The notes beneath the pieces are model-generated. The model ran no database searches, had not been told where the DNA came from, and saw nothing but the letters and a program-made list of their open reading frames with translations. This document shows, piece after piece, positions 26,815 to 39,888 of a stretch of DNA of 64,000 bases (the stretch's first letter is position 1; the number at the start of each line of letters is the position of its first letter). A program made the translations under genes and the position numbers. Source of the stretch: Balanoglossus misakiensis (lineage: Eukaryota; Animalia; Hemichordata); the NCBI GenBank assembly GCA_040954595.2, contig CM082588.2:670613-734612 (forward strand), given 5' to 3'.

Positions 26815-29800
26815 GTGCGTGATGTGTGAGTGATTAAAATATATTTAGTTGTCACATGCACTGTGTCAAATTGTGATGAAATATTCCAATCAAGCAGAAA
26901 TTTAGTTGGATTTAACTAACCTCTGGCCTTGGACTCCACAACCTGACGACAGGATCAATACCACTGGTTGCTAGGAAACAATGACTTGGATGCGGTTGCA
27001 GGCAATTGACAATGGATTCATCTCCTCTGAGGACACGGACCAGGTTCGTTGTCGCTTTATCCCAAATGAAAAATGAGCCGTCATCCGACCCAGCTACAAT
27101 GTATTGACCATTGCTGTAATGATAAAAATGACATTGATGTCAATCATATGGAAGAGAAATGAAAAAATGGCTGCTATAAACTTCCAAAGTCCATAGGTGG
27201 ATTTACACTTGCAAACACAAAGTTAACACAAGACTGCAATATCAGGGTGTATCCGAATTCACAGCTTTACCAAATCTTACCTTCCGAAGAAGTTGGCTTC
27301 TTTGATATCTGTGGTCGTATTACAATGTCCACAGAATCTTAAATCATAATCATAACTTGCATAACGTAGTGACTTTTCATGCTCTGACTGTGTCTCTCGT
27401 TGCCGTCGACGACTGCTGTTTCCATCCGTCTTTTTGTCTTCATCAGGATCTGCTGATAAACATAAAATCAGTCTGATTAAAATCATGTACATGTGAAGCA
27501 GGTGCACACTAAAAACATAGCTACACAATTCACTAAACCCACTTACTGCTATCGTCTGTTTTAGCATAGAGGGCAGCACATATATCTCGGTCCAGCTGTT
27601 CGAAGGTATGATTCTTAGCATAGTCTGGAAACTTCTCTTTAAACTGTCGAAGACAATCCAATGCTTCTTTGGTCCAGGTGAGTTCGAAGAGACACTTTGC
27701 TAATCTGAAGTGTGCCTTGCAGTGACTTGGATCAAGGGATAATGCGATATGGCAGTCTCTCAGTCCAGCATACAGATCACCATCCCTGATAAAATCCAGA
27801 TTAATATTTAATACAACAGATAGTAACATACAGAGCCTCAATCTCACTTGATAACAGTGCCAATGCTGTAAATAAGATTTTTGGAATCAGTTCACTCACC
27901 ATTTTCTTTTCATAAATGCTGCTGCTCTGTTGGCGAACAATATGGCACTGTGCGGTGCAAGGTATAATGCTTGGTTGTACAAATTAATTGCATATGTCCA
28001 CTGCTGTCTGGCAAACACTTCATTGGCTTGCGTTTTCAAGGCTTCAGCTTTTGCAGGCAAAGTAGTGGTTCGACCACACAGACTTATCCTGTGAAAGAGA
28101 CAGAAAAATGCCAACAGTCAAACACACTACACACACACAACCAATACCATAAGGTTCCAATATACATATAGGAGCCTACACGCAATACCAAATAATAATC
28201 CTATAAAAGAATTACATGTACAAATCACTACTTAAATTTTTCTCTCACCTTTTTGTCTGGCTATCATCACTGAGCTTAATTCCATTGGCATGTGATATGT
28301 GCCTGGTCACTCCGTTAGCTGAGGACGACGGGATTGATGTCCCATTGGTAGACAGTACTTCTGCCACATCTGCATCAAGCAAAAAAAGTCAAACATTACA
28401 TACTATTTGTCTCCACTTCTGTATTCATACACTGAAGGTTTCAACTTATGGATGTTCCCTCGCAATTAGAATCCTCTGCTAAAGGGATTTTACAGTAATA
28501 AGATATGTAGCTACAAGTTCAAATACCTTTGACAACACCATTACTAGTCGGGTTCGGGAGTATGTAGTCTTCACATTGAAATCTCTTCGTTTTCCGTTTA
28601 CTTGTGATGTCAAATAAATAAATCTGTTCTCCTCCAAGATTGACAAGAAGTTCCTTGCCATCTGGACCAAATGTTACGTATGTAGACACAAGTGCACGGA
28701 ATCTTCTGTTGTAATCATTCTGTGGTAAATGACCTGGTAATACAAAAGTGTTAATGTCAATACATCAATTTATTTTCTGTCAGTGTAGACGAGTATTGGA
28801 CTAAAATAGAACTTTACACACCTGCGATAAAATACTGCACACAACCTTTCGGCACATCTCCATCTGGATCCGGATCCGGTGCCGGAGTATGCCAGGATGC
28901 TCCCAGTCTTTCCTCGCTGGAAAATCTCACGGAATGAGGACTCAGCATACGGATGTCATAGACACGGACGTACGGATCATTAGCACCAACTGAAATGAGA
29001 TTTATACGTGATTGAAAAAAATGGAGTGGGACCAAACCATAGTGAAAAGGTTAAACATGTGGAACTTTACATTCTGGTTAAGAGCTAATTCTGAAGACTT
29101 GGTGAATGGAAACGAATGATTTTACTAAGCCACAATTAACTCACCTGCTAACATCTCTGTCCTCAGTGGATTTATAGCCAGACACTTTGCTTCAGCATGA
29201 TTTCCGATGTATGTATTAAGATTGATCAACACATTGCTACAGTGGTCATTACAGGTGTGTGGAGACCTCAGGTCAAATTGTCTAAAAGGTCACAGGAAAA
29301 AAGACACAAAAATTATTCTGGACATCAGATGTTTGTGTGTGTCTGTGTGTAGAAATGTAAATCCTTATGATCTACATATGGCATTTCAGTAAATCATACG
29401 CAGTTATATTTATTTTTCAGGATCCAGCTACAGTAAACGACTTTAGGGGATTCTTCGCGCACAACCACTTACCTGATAGTGCCATCTTCCCCAGCACTCC
29501 AAAACATATAAGGAACATTAGGAGCAACAGCCAGTCTCTTCACTCGACCAGCATGACAACTAAATGCTTGTGTTGTCTCACGGATATTGATGTCATGAAC
29601 TCTGACCTTACAATCAGCTGCTGCTGTTGCTATGATATGGTCATTGGTGTCTGGCATGAACTGTAACAAAATCAATGTCAAAACACTATTAACATAAACA
29701 ACATACACTCTATGTTAACTCAGATGTCTTACACTGTTCAGAAATGAATGCAATGGCCACAAATAATGCCATAAATACTCTTACCTTAACAGAAAATATG

Positions 29801-30788
29801 TTGCCATGGTGACCAGTTCGTACCGTGCAAACTTGTCTATGTTTCATGGGTTCCCATATAATTGTACTCAGATCATCTGAGCCACTTGCTAACAAGCTGA
29901 AATATTGATAGAGAACACCTGTGATTATTGTAATTTTAAAATAGTAGAAAAATTCTGATATATCATTCTCGAGAACAATGTGTTCCGTATGTGTAAAAAT
30001 TTACTGGACTTCTACTCATCACAAATAATTTGTACTTACTTTCCCTTCTGGTTCCATTCCAAGCAGTTGACACAACCTGAATGCCCCTGAAATTGCAGAC
30101 AAAACAGTAGATAAAATATTTCCAACTTTCATGTGTTCCTTTCTAAGTCGCCCAGTCAAGTTTACCCTGAGAATATTAGTCAACTAACAACTAGTCGCAA
30201 ACCTTTGTTGGGTCGAGGGGGGGTTCTTATTTTTCTCACTGTAAAGCAATGAATCAGGTTTTTTGTCAAGACATACCTGCAATTCAGCTTCTAAGTTCAA
30301 TCTTGGAATCAGGAAGCTATTGACATGCAGTTCACGTTGAAAACGGCAACACCGTCTGGTCTGTAAGTGAAATCAAAGACAGAAACCATATTTGGAAGGA
30401 ACAGCACAAATTCCTAGAACAAGTTCCTTACTAACACAATGGTCAACACAACCATAAAACCACAGTGGTACAAGAGATGATAAAACCAAACTGTGGTTTC
30501 AGTAGGATTGTTGAGGCTATGTGTACTATATCAATAATGCATGGTAATGTGTGGGCACATGTAAACGCCGAGTATTGCTGTATAACCTTTGACCTTGGCA
30601 TTTAAAAAACTAACTTGTATGTTTCCAGTATGTATGTTTCATTGTAATTCGAACGTTGACAGTGTTGAAAACTTGTACCCAGTCACGCTACCTGTAATTT
30701 CATATAATCACAACTTAATTCTATAGTATTTGTATATCCTTACATCAATTTCTCGGTGCCCCAAACGTGTTAATATATGGTCAGCCAT
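26527..30788 (-). CDS. WDTC1: WD and tetratricopeptide repeats protein 1 (adipose / DCAF9), multi-exon
   Basis: Spliced product includes ELQGHSGCVNCLEWN, LASGSDD, TGHHGNIFSVKF, RVKRLA..P...FWSAGEDG, ELLVNLGGEQIYLFD, TPR exons (AINLYNQA, NRAAAFMKRKW.GDLY, KAHFRLAKCL), GHCNTTTDIKEANFFG, AGSDDGSFFIW, and ends VQCRPS*. Confidence 0.95.
26778..26814. repeat. (ATTG)n microsatellite in a WDTC1 intron
   Basis: Direct reading. Confidence 0.9.
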
Positions 30789-31554
30789 GGTCCAGTCTTT
30801 ACAAGTACGTCAAACGCAAAACCTCACAGGTCGGTGCCAATTTCGCCAGTGCTGACAACTTTCGGACCGTCACTGCAAACGTCCATGCTTCTCTTGTAAT
30901 CGTCCTAAAAGACGTTGATTATTTCACCTGTAAATAAACCCTCTTTCCTGCTGTGAACAACCTATTCCCGAAATTACGGTGCCAGAGAAATCGCTCAGAC
31001 ACGACGAGTGTATGATCGAACACCAAATGAAAACAGGTGACTGCAATGCATAATACATACGTTTGAAGGGCGCAACCTCAAACCAGTACGGCATATCGCA
31101 AAAACTCACTAAACGTTCAGGTTTTACCTGTTTATTTAAAAATTTCCATAAAATAAATGTATCTTTGGAAACTCATATCATCTTTATAACTATTTATTCG
31201 GACAATCATTATTATTGTCGATAATCTACTGTAAGAGATCTAAATAAGTCTGCTAATTAGTGACATACCCTTTTACGGCACATATCCTGGCAAGGTTCGG
31301 ATTCTGACTCTGGCCGAATCCACTGTTGTCATTTGGAGAAAAGGCTTTGGGTCTAAAGAGAAATTTGACATTATGGGTCGGAAATAGACCTGGATAACTA
31401 GGTTCCAAGCATGTTTTACATAAGGACATTTAATGAAATCTGGAAGCACTTTATATGAAAAAAGATTCATTTAATACAAAAACAGCATTCAAATAGGTGT
31501 AGGCCTACAACAGCATAAATGCTGTAGCCTATTGAAGAATGACAATATTTTAAA

Positions 31555-31598
<44 letters not shown>
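31555..31598. repeat. (GAT)n microsatellite
   Basis: Direct reading; source of the spurious poly-His ORF. Confidence 0.95.
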
Positions 31599-31599
<1 letters not shown>

Positions 31600-31873
31600 A
31601 ATGCATTGAAACCAATGAACTGATAACTGCCTGCAGACATCGACAGCTCAGAAGGTCTACATAATGTAGATTCGTTTTCAAATTCCAGTCACCTTGCGTG
31701 TTCAATAGTGGTAAATTTAGGTCTACAACTATAGGCTTATAGCTATAAAGGTAGCCCATTGCTTCGTAATACCGTCATCACAGTCAATTCCCTTGAATTC
31801 ACAGTAGACCTACGGCAGTGGGCCTACAATTTCCCATCGTAAGTTTTATTAAAGATTGGAATTTGTTTATTAA

Positions 31874-32971
31874 GGGACTGTCCAGAATTTACTTCCAGGG
31901 GGGGGCTGGAGGATTTTCAGGGGGGGCCACCCATTTTCCCCAAGAAAAATTAGGGGGGGTCAGACATAAAAATCACAATCCTTTAGGGGGGGGCCATGTA
32001 AAAAACCCTCACAAACTCAATATTTGCCCAGAAGTACTGATTTATAAGAAACAAACCAGCATGGCTACCTGGATGACAGATGAACTCCGCAAGTGCATTA
32101 AATCTTCATAAGCTTGAATTTCCGGTAATTTTTACGGTGGGTTATTTTGTATATCTACTACAGTTTCTTGTTCTACTCTGTGAAGCATAATAAAATGCCC
32201 AGTATTTGGCCTGCCAGCACAGACCATAAATGTACAGTGAACAGTCAGTGTTGTTACTGTTGACGAGCTCAATTCAAGTCCAGACTAGAATTCGTTAATT
32301 TTCTCATCAATCATTCATATATGTATATAAAAAGTTAATTTGCTTTTGGGTTCATTAAAATGCAGCTTTGAGCTCTGTATTTTATAAAATTTTCTTACAG
32401 GGGAGGGGGACACCCCCTCCCAAACCCACCCCCTTCACTTCTCGGTTTACAATATCTGCCAACACAGAATACAAATACTTAACAAATATAAACAATGTTC
32501 AGTTTTAATATCCACTGATGAGGAAAAACATCAGTTTCAAATTCTTTTCATGGGAGCGCTGTTTTTCTTTTTTTGCAAGATAGATAGGTGATGTGTTTTG
32601 CTGTGTGAAAGAAAATGGGGGGTGGGATTTCAAAATTTTAAGCTGTTCGGAAGGGGGGGGATTGAAAATATTTCGGGTTGTGTACGGGGGGCATGTGAAA
32701 ATTAACGGTAAAAAAAATTTAATTCTCCCCCCCCCCCCTTCCAGAGGTGTTTGTAAATGCAGCCTTATCAGACTGTATGTGTCGTAGTCTGTACCAGTAA
32801 GCATGCATGTATATATTGGGGGGGGGGGGGGGGTCATGGAAAAAAAACAGGAAATTTACGGGGGGGCCACAGATTTCCTCCACAATTTACAAGGGGGGGC
32901 CATGGAAAAAAATCACCAGGAAAATAAGAAATCCTCCAGCCCCACCCTGGAAGTAAATTCTGGACAGTCCC
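31874..32971. mobile_element. Non-autonomous PIF/Harbinger-like DNA transposon (MITE), about 1.1 kb
   Basis: About 43-bp terminal inverted repeats (GGGACTGTCCAGAATTTACTTCCAGGG...GCTGGAGGATTT and AAATCCTCCAGC...CCCTGGAAGTAAATTCTGGACAGTCCC), flanked by a TAA target-site duplication (31871-31873, 32972-32974); internal G-run/A-run subterminal motifs; no transposase ORF. Confidence 0.9.
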
Positions 32972-33743
32972 TAAGCTTTAGAACAGTGAAACTGTAGACA
33001 CTCGAAACAAACTGTATGCTGCAATCATGATGGATATTAAACCTCAAATGATGTCATTTGTATTGGTCTTCTTAATGGCCAAGTGTGTTTTCTGAAGCTG
33101 ACAAACTTGTAAAGATTTCTGCAGATAATTTATTTTGCTCTGGGCATTATTGAATATATAAATTGCATGTGCATTATTTTTCTTTTTGGTAAATAAAACT
33201 CTGAATATAACTATTTTAAGCTGTTATTCTGGTGTCTGGCATTTTTGTACATGGTCATTTTAAAATCAAACCGAGAATGCCAAAATTCCTCAACTGGGAA
33301 GTGCACCCTCAACGACAGGATCAACATGTACTTACCTGTTGCATTACATCCAGCAACACACTTTATCAATTCTTTATCGTCTCTTGATGTCTCTCAGATA
33401 CAAGAGCACATTATATCTTTGAAACAAGCAAGGCACACAAAAATTTGCAGGACTTACAATACTAATTGGTGTTGTAAATGGTGTTTTAATTAATAAATCA
33501 TAAAGATGGTTTGTAAATTTAAAAATCGTAAAGTTGATACATTTATCCATAAGAGATTCTCTAAAAAATATAAAACCAATAAAATTATGTCCCAAAACTT
33601 AATGAGATGAATACACAATGAGTCTAAGTTTTAAAGATTTTTTTTCTAAAAAAAAGAAGTGATATTTATGCAGTGGAACAAATAAAAGTAGAAATTTATA
33701 CAGTGAAAACAAAGTACTGTGAAAAGTATTAAATTATTTAAGA

Positions 33744-36490
33744 CTATTTTTTATGCAGTTTATTTAAAGCTAGTGATTTCTTCACCATTCTATGTGCTTG
33801 AACCATAGTGATTTCCTGGTCTTCCTCAACTTCATATTCATCGCCCTCTGGTGGTGGTGGTGGGGCTGCAAAACCCTCATCTAGAGAAACTGGACCATCA
33901 GCTGATTGTACCATCTCCTCTTCAGCTGCCCCTTCAGGTGCACATTTCGCCCTCATTCCGCCAAATCCTGGTGACATCATCATTGGTGCTGTCATTGGCA
34001 TACATGAACCCATAGCTGCTGATGCTGAAAAACTGTTGAAATCAATAATAAAAGATGATACATTTTGAACAATACATTAAAACCAGTCTATACTGAACAC
34101 CTTTTCCAATCCCTCTTACACAGAACTACTTAAAAATTGGCATATAACTTTAACATGTTTAGATCTGGCAAGCAGCTTTAAAAAGTGAAACTGAACTGAT
34201 TTGCTGATTAAATGATGAAGTATAAATTGGGCAGAATGACAAAAATGGTTGGACAGAATGACAAAAATGGTTGGACACTTACGTATATGCTGCCATAGGA
34301 GGCGCTGCCTCACATTTCGGCGCTACATTTGTGAGGTAGTCATCCTTCACTTCAGCCATACTGGATTTGGCTGCAAATCTCATGGCAGGCTCTGATGCTC
34401 CTTTTAAGACAGTCTTGTTCATTTTCAGCTGTTTTCCCTTTGCACCTGAAGCCATGGTAACAAATGTATTGAAGTATTATTGAACAAATTAAATCTCATT
34501 GAAATCAGCAAACTTAATAATTCTCCACCACATGCAAAATATTAAGACGGTATCACAGACTAAAACATCAGGTCTCCAGTCTAAGTGTGTATCTTCACTT
34601 GGACTGATATACTTTACCTTTCATCCTTAATTTCTCTGACACAGCCTTGGTCATGGCATCTTCATCTACAACGCCCCCTGAAAGTTGATATTCTTGCAGT
34701 ACTTCCTGGTTCACCTCCTCCATCAGCCTCTGTAACGAGATTTCTTCCTGAGCGCCACCAATGATAACTTTGGCAAGTAATGCAGCGTTTCTGAGCGGAA
34801 CATATTGTCCTCCGGTCATATGCGCAACAGCCATGAAGAAATCTTTATAAGGTGTAATGCTTGGCTCACATCCAACCATGTACATGGTGACACCTTTCTC
34901 TGCCAGTTGATTGGAAACTTGAATTGGATCGATGCCATCAGGACATCCTGTATTAGACAAAAATTTAAAGTTTATACAACATGAATGAATGAATGAATGA
35001 ATGAATGAATGAATGAATGAATGAATGAATGAACGAGTGAGTGAGTGAGTGAGTGAGTGAGTGAGTGAGTGAGTGAGTGAGTGAGTGAGTGAGTGAATGA
35101 ATGAATGAATGAATGTTAAATGTTGGAAATAATAATCACAACTAGTTCTCACTGAAAACCAATTATTTTGTATCTCATTCTATGATTTAACACTTTATTT
35201 ACCATTTGGAAATCCATCACCACTTGCAGTCAGACCATGAGGGGGAGCATCTGCGATGAAAACACAGATTTTTGTCGCTTCATCTCGCCAACTTAATTTC
35301 AGAACTTGATGTAGAGCATCAGCTACAGCTTCAGGTGCATCTCCACCTGATGGAATTTTTCAAAAATAAGAAAGAGTTAATGTGTGTCTATCTTGAAACT
35401 GTTTTGGTCAAGATTTGAGTTGCTTATCCACCTAAAACTCAAATCCACATGAAACAAGTATTGAATAAAGGAATGATGTTTAAGGCACAAAATAACCGAC
35501 ATTTGACAGTATTTTGAATTTGCATATGTTCATTATCGTGCCCATATTTTGCATTACACACATTGAACTGTGGGGCTTTTATTATGACCTTTGACCTACC
35601 TCCACTTGCATTTGCAGCATCAAGCCATGACTTCATAGAGCTGACAGATTGTGTGAAATCATGGACTCTTGTCACAAAACTTGTATCTTCTGGTGGATGA
35701 TCACGATATTCCACAAGCGCCAATCTGATGTCAGATTTTTCTTTGGCCACAATTTCTTCAACTATTTTACGAATACTCTAAAAAGTAAAACAGTTGAACT
35801 GTTAATTTTATCTTTTGTTTTCATTGATAAGAGTGACATATGCTCCTTTTGTAAATCAACTTAACCGTTTAATGTGGGGGACACTATTCTAACAAAATGC
35901 CTTGTTCCTGATTGCAATCTGGGTCAGAACATCCTTGAGATCTCTGCAGAGTTCATTGTCAAAACACTGATCTCACTTTAGTACTGTACGGGGTCACTAA
36001 AGGGAGGTCAATGTCTTTGATGAATTCATGAGTCAAAAGACACACGTCAACAAATACCACGAGTCAGCGAATTCCATGGGTCAAAAGAAAACTCAGCTGC
36101 TATTTTAGAACAGACTGAGTCATCGCTTTCGACAGGAATTACATCAGAGCTTCTACCTGCCAAGGGATCATAAATTGTGTGATTTCATACTCCATTTCAT
36201 GGCTGTGTTTCTTTCCGACTGTTGCCAAGGCAACTGTTACAATTGTGCATTAAGGTTGCTATGAAAAAGTGGGCGTGTCTCATTCATTGGTTCAATATGA
36301 TGTCTTCGTCAGCTGGTAACTTCCGTAAGGTGCTCGATTCAGTGATATAAAGCTCCCTTTAATCACTCACCTGTTGTGCCGTTGATATGTAGCTCCCCAT
36401 ACTACCAGTACAGTCCATGGCAAACGCCAAGTCCAAGACTGAGGAATCATGCTGCGCTAGTTCTGGTTGTTGCACCTTGTCTACGTTCAT
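33744..36490 (-). CDS. Stand-alone von Willebrand A domain protein (Dictyostelium VwkA-type vWA, no kinase domain), 6 exons
   Basis: DLAFAMDCTGSMGSYI (MIDAS-like), VEYRDHPP, GGDAPEAV.DAL, WR..A.KICVFIADAPPHG, DGFPNGCPDGIDP, TGGQY. Exons join in phase; no signal peptide. Confidence 0.88.
34232..34275. repeat. 22-bp tandem duplication
   Basis: CAGAATGACAAAAATGGTTGGA twice, intronic. Confidence 0.8.
34982..35115. repeat. Compound (TGAA)n(TGAG)n(TGAA)n microsatellite in a vWA gene intron
   Basis: Direct reading. Confidence 0.95.
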
Positions 36491-37413
36491 CTTCGAATTT
36501 AAAAGCTTGGGAGTTGGACAACCTTCAAATAAGTCTGCAATCTTATAGTTGCAGGACCTCTCGATCGACCACGTCGGTACCTGAAGCTTCAGACAAGGTA
36601 TCTGGTCCACGAGCCTTGCAAGCAATGACTAATGAGACGAAGGGCAACGTGCCTAATGTTGATTGTGAAAGTTGTTGATTTCACTCCACGTATTCCCTGC
36701 TGCGCTATAAATAGGTCAATGCGGTCATGCACTATTCTTGGAATATGACGTCACCACCTTATTTGAAAATAGGTGGTGGTCTCTGTATCAGAATATCCTG
36801 CTCGGTACAGATACTGGAGTGATAGCGAAACTAAATCGGATAACACATTCAGGATCTTCTTGTCTAGAACCAGATTTACCCGTCTGTTCTCTCAACCTCT
36901 TAGATGATGATGACACTCTATAGATTGATGGAGAACTTTCTTTGAACGCGCGTCCCAAAACGAAAGGATAAAAAAGGACAAAGTAAAACTTTACTTCATA
37001 AGCGCCGACAGCACCATTTTTATTTTCTCTCATACTTGCAACCGGGACCGAAATACTGAAAAATGAAATTGTTACTGTATGCCTGATCGTTTTAACTCGC
37101 TTTTTTACTCCTGATACGAAAAGCTGGAGATAGGATCCCCAAATCTCTTTTAACAACACTTTCATAACTGAAGCCATTCTTTCTTAGTGTTGAGGTCAAC
37201 ATACGGATATACTACTATGGGGTAACAGCTGGTTAAAAGGCCTGAAATATGTAAAAATTATCAGTTTTATTGCTCTATGTCGTCACCGTAATGCAATACG
37301 CATGCGCATATTGTTCTGATGTCGATTTCATCTCGCGTCCGCGCGTCCACGTTGACAGTTGCGTACTTACGGCGAAGTGCATAGAGGGTGTCGATTTCTG
37401 ACCGCTTTTAATC

Positions 37414-39888
37414 ATGGCTTTTTCTGCTTATAAATCTCTCGTGCTTCTTCTGATTTTTAGCCTTACAGAGATATCAGCTCAAGGTAGGTATTCGTGATTA
37501 TATTTTCAGATAACTTTTCAGAGAAAGAGAAAAAAATCAACATCTCTGATGATGATGCGATGATGATGATGACGTGCGGTGAACGGACGTAAAAATATCG
37601 ACGGAGGGATGATGTTAGTAATGATGACATTTTAAGTAAAATTACTGTTAAAGTTGGTGTGTTATTACACCAGATCACCAGTGCCATGCTTGGTTTTTAA
37701 TATTTTACAGAATGTTCAAGTGATGATGGCTGCGATGTTTGTAACGAAAGCAATGAGTGTATATGGGGTTACTGCGCTGTCGAAGCTGAAGAAGGGGAAC
37801 CAACAATTTCAGGTAAAGTGCTAATTTTACTGACTTTTTTACCCGTTGAAATTTTAAAATATCTAAAAAAATAATTTAAAGAAAACAACAACCACGTTTT
37901 TCACTAATACCCAGGCCTCCCGGCAGCAAAAACCCTGAAATTAATGTGCTGGTACCCAGTATGAAAATATTTGTTTGTCTATATTATCTAGTATTTTGTA
38001 ATCGTCACACTAACACAGAAAAAGCGATGTAAATATTTCATCAAATGGTATATAAAATTTACAGATGTTACTAATATTTTTGCTTTCCATTATATATGTT
38101 ATTAATTATACAAACATAGTTCAAATTAGCATTCATTGTATTTCGCTGTCTGAGAAGATGTAAAGTTAAAATGTAAATGCTATATTTATCTAAAATGCGA
38201 GATTCTTTGTCAAAGAACTGTTGTCGCTGAGCAACAGTTTGAATCCTAGCATGATGTCATTTCCTGCCAAGTGCAGCTTCCCTTATCCCATTTTATCTCA
38301 ATCAGTAGCTCCATGATCAAATATAGCTACAGTACAAAGCAAATATGTGAAAACAAGTCATCTTAATGTTACCATAGCAACCTGCCTCAATTTAAATTTC
38401 CATTGTGGAAATATACAAATGTAATGAAATAAACATAAGTTTTTAGCTCTGAATGTTTTTACAGCTAAGTTGTGGTGTGATAATGGCGCAGCATACTGTA
38501 TAGTTTTCTACAAAGTCAGATAGCAGCCGGTGTCAGTGTTTCTGTTGAATATGGCACTGAGTATTAGGGTCAATGAGAGGATTTTGCCCTATATTCAGAT
38601 TATCAAAGATTCATACTGACATTGGCAAAAGATAATCCTCTTTACATGCAGTGATATGGAATTGCCTTACCCTGATAATGTGATGTACTCACACATTTCA
38701 GGTTGAATTTAAGTTGTAATACAGTGAATGAAAACTGGACTTCAAATATTGATTTAAACTCTCCATATGTTTGATTTCAATACAGTATTTACAAATATTA
38801 CAACAGATGGTTGACATTCATATTTAATCTCTTTGTTCTGAAAAATTAATTTTTGTCCTGAATATTAAACATACCCCTAGGTGCTAAAGGAAATATTATT
38901 CATCCCATCGGTCTTGTAATACAATTCTTATAATTTTTTGTCAAAACAGTTTTCTGAACATGATTTATGAATTACCATATGAATTAATATCAAAACACCA
39001 ACCTTATATCTTTAATGCAGGTTCTCAGGGTTGTTTTCTCATGTCCAATGTATCAGAAGCATGTCCAGAAGGAGAAATGTTTGAAGTCATCACAAATTGT
39101 AAGTATTCAAGCAATCCACTCCCATTTCCTTACTGCCAGGATTCCACCATTGAACGGACTGAACATCTATTGAACAAACAACAACATTACAGATGCTTTA
39201 GGATTTACTAACTATCCTTGCTATAATATTTGTTTCTAAACCATTGACACAAGTAATCGTGACAAGTTCATGTACATACAAATCATGTCCATTCCAATGA
39301 GCCAGTTGAAATCAACTTTGATGTCAAAAGCTGACATCACCACCATAAGTATTGATTAAGACATCCGTTCTGATGCAATCTGTCTCTCTCTCTCTCCCTT
39401 TTCACTTTCAAGGTTCACTAGCAGAAGGTGAGTAACATGGATTACATATACTTTTCAAAAAATTCCCATCAGTTGTTCTCCATTTTTGTTTGTTTACATT
39501 TTCCACGATAAAGTTAAGATTTTTGACAAATCTTGCAGAGACACTTGAAGCAACACCGAATACAACAGGAAGTACAGCAAGTCCAACAACCAATCCAGCT
39601 TCTGGTGGAACAACCCCACCTTCAGGAACAGCGGGCGGAACATCACCTCCAGAGGGCGCCACTACCCTGCCACAAGGAGAGACAACTGAGGGTGCAGAAG
39701 GGACAACAGTCGGATCTGAAAAACCGGGAGTTACCGACAACACTACACAGTTTATGCCATCAAGTGGTGCATCATTTGATGCAGCTAGTTTTATCGGTGG
39801 TATTGTTCTATGTGGTGGGCTGATTCTTATCGTGTTTCTGGGCTGCAAATTCTACGAATCACGAAGCAAAAATTATCACACCCTGTAA
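37414..39888 (+). CDS. CD164: CD164/endolyn-like lysosomal sialomucin, 5 exons, 204 aa
   Basis: Exons 37414-37483, 37711-37812, 39021-39098, 39413-39427 and 39539-39888. Signal peptide, 8-Cys domain, Thr/Pro/Ser mucin stalk, FDAASFIGGIVL transmembrane segment, C-terminal NYHTL. Confidence 0.9.

Noticed and set aside
31550-31759. Poly-His ORF
   Set aside because: Translation of the (GAT)n microsatellite.
31818-32997. Gly/Pro-rich ORFs inside the MITE
   Set aside because: Arise from G/C homopolymer runs; no DDE transposase or Myb/SANT motifs.
34982-35152. HSFI/HSLT repeat at the N-terminus of the 185-aa ORF
   Set aside because: Intronic tetranucleotide microsatellite; the true exon starts at about 34947.
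36788-37177. 129-aa minus-strand ORF between the vWA and CD164 genes
   Set aside because: No recognisable motif or splice structure; lies in a divergent promoter interval.
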